From the IMG/VR virus record IMGVR_UViG_2832349384_000006, positions 1 through 64,000 of that record: 64,000 nt of DNA, one strand, 5' to 3'. Source of the stretch: a virus. Its lineage: Duplodnaviria; Caudoviricetes. Shown one piece after another: positions 63,812 through 64,000 of the stretch. Within the stretch, counting starts at the first letter, position 1, and every line of letters starts with the position of its first letter. The notes beneath the pieces were generated by a model. It ran no database searches and was not told where the DNA came from. It saw nothing but the letters and a program-made list of their open reading frames with translations. The translations under genes were made by a program, and so were the position numbers.

Positions 63812-63857
63812 ATGGCCAGCAAGGGATGGCTTGGCGGCTGGTCGGTAGTCTGGCGCC

Positions 63858-64000
63858 ATGACAACGACAACACCCAACACCGATCTTGATCCCCGCAGAC
63901 AGGCAATGTTCCTGTACTTTCAGGGGTTACGCATATCCCGCATTGCTGAAATGCTGGGAGAGAAGGCCGCAACAGTACACAGCTGGAAGAAGCGCGACAA
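63858..64000 (+). CDS. P: Terminase ATPase subunit P (5' part, truncated by window)
   Basis: Translates MTTTTPNTDLDPRRQAMFLYFQGLRISRIAEMLGEKAATVHSWKKRD, the P2 gpP N-terminus. Confidence 0.9.
   Translation, partial: MTTTTPNTDLDPRRQAMFLYFQGLRISRIAEMLGEKAATVHSWKKRD

Larger units (their letters stand above)
42557..64000. mobile_element. P2-like prophage (partial in window)
   Basis: ogr, D, U, T, E/E', FII, FI, I, J, W, V, S, R, lysis, X, L, M, N, O, P in P2 order. Confidence 0.95.

Overview
Enterobacterial (Serratia-like, GC-rich) chromosome window: yebY and the sRNA gene sdsR/ryeB, followed by two prophages in tandem. (1) An apparently complete ~42-kb lambdoid siphovirus prophage (558-42580), flanked by a perfect 24-bp direct repeat that is the 3' end of sdsR. 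It has a Rac/Gifsy-like early region (int, xis, recT, recE, short peptidase-less repressor, Cro- and CII-like genes, DNA MTase, initiator + DnaC loader, LexA-controlled dinI + antirepressor-like gene, Q), a Mu-type mom gene behind the late promoter, a lysis cassette, head and lambda-like tail genes, cor, two side fibres and humD. (2) From 42557 onward, the int-ogr-tail-lysis-head part of a P2-like prophage, mostly on the minus strand, running off the window in gene P. Best lead for a new system: a candidate ~120-nt antisense sRNA (about 6631-6749) whose central segment is complementary to a Shine-Dalgarno/start-codon motif (GGAGCATAACCAATG and variants) repeated in front of xis, recT and four other early genes. 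Other leads: a LexA-box-controlled integrase placed after ogr, a -1 frameshift adding an Ig domain to the capsid, Q-controlled mom, and a three-gene adhesin/propeller cassette in the P2-like tail. All family assignments are from sequence recognition only; no searches or folding programs were run.
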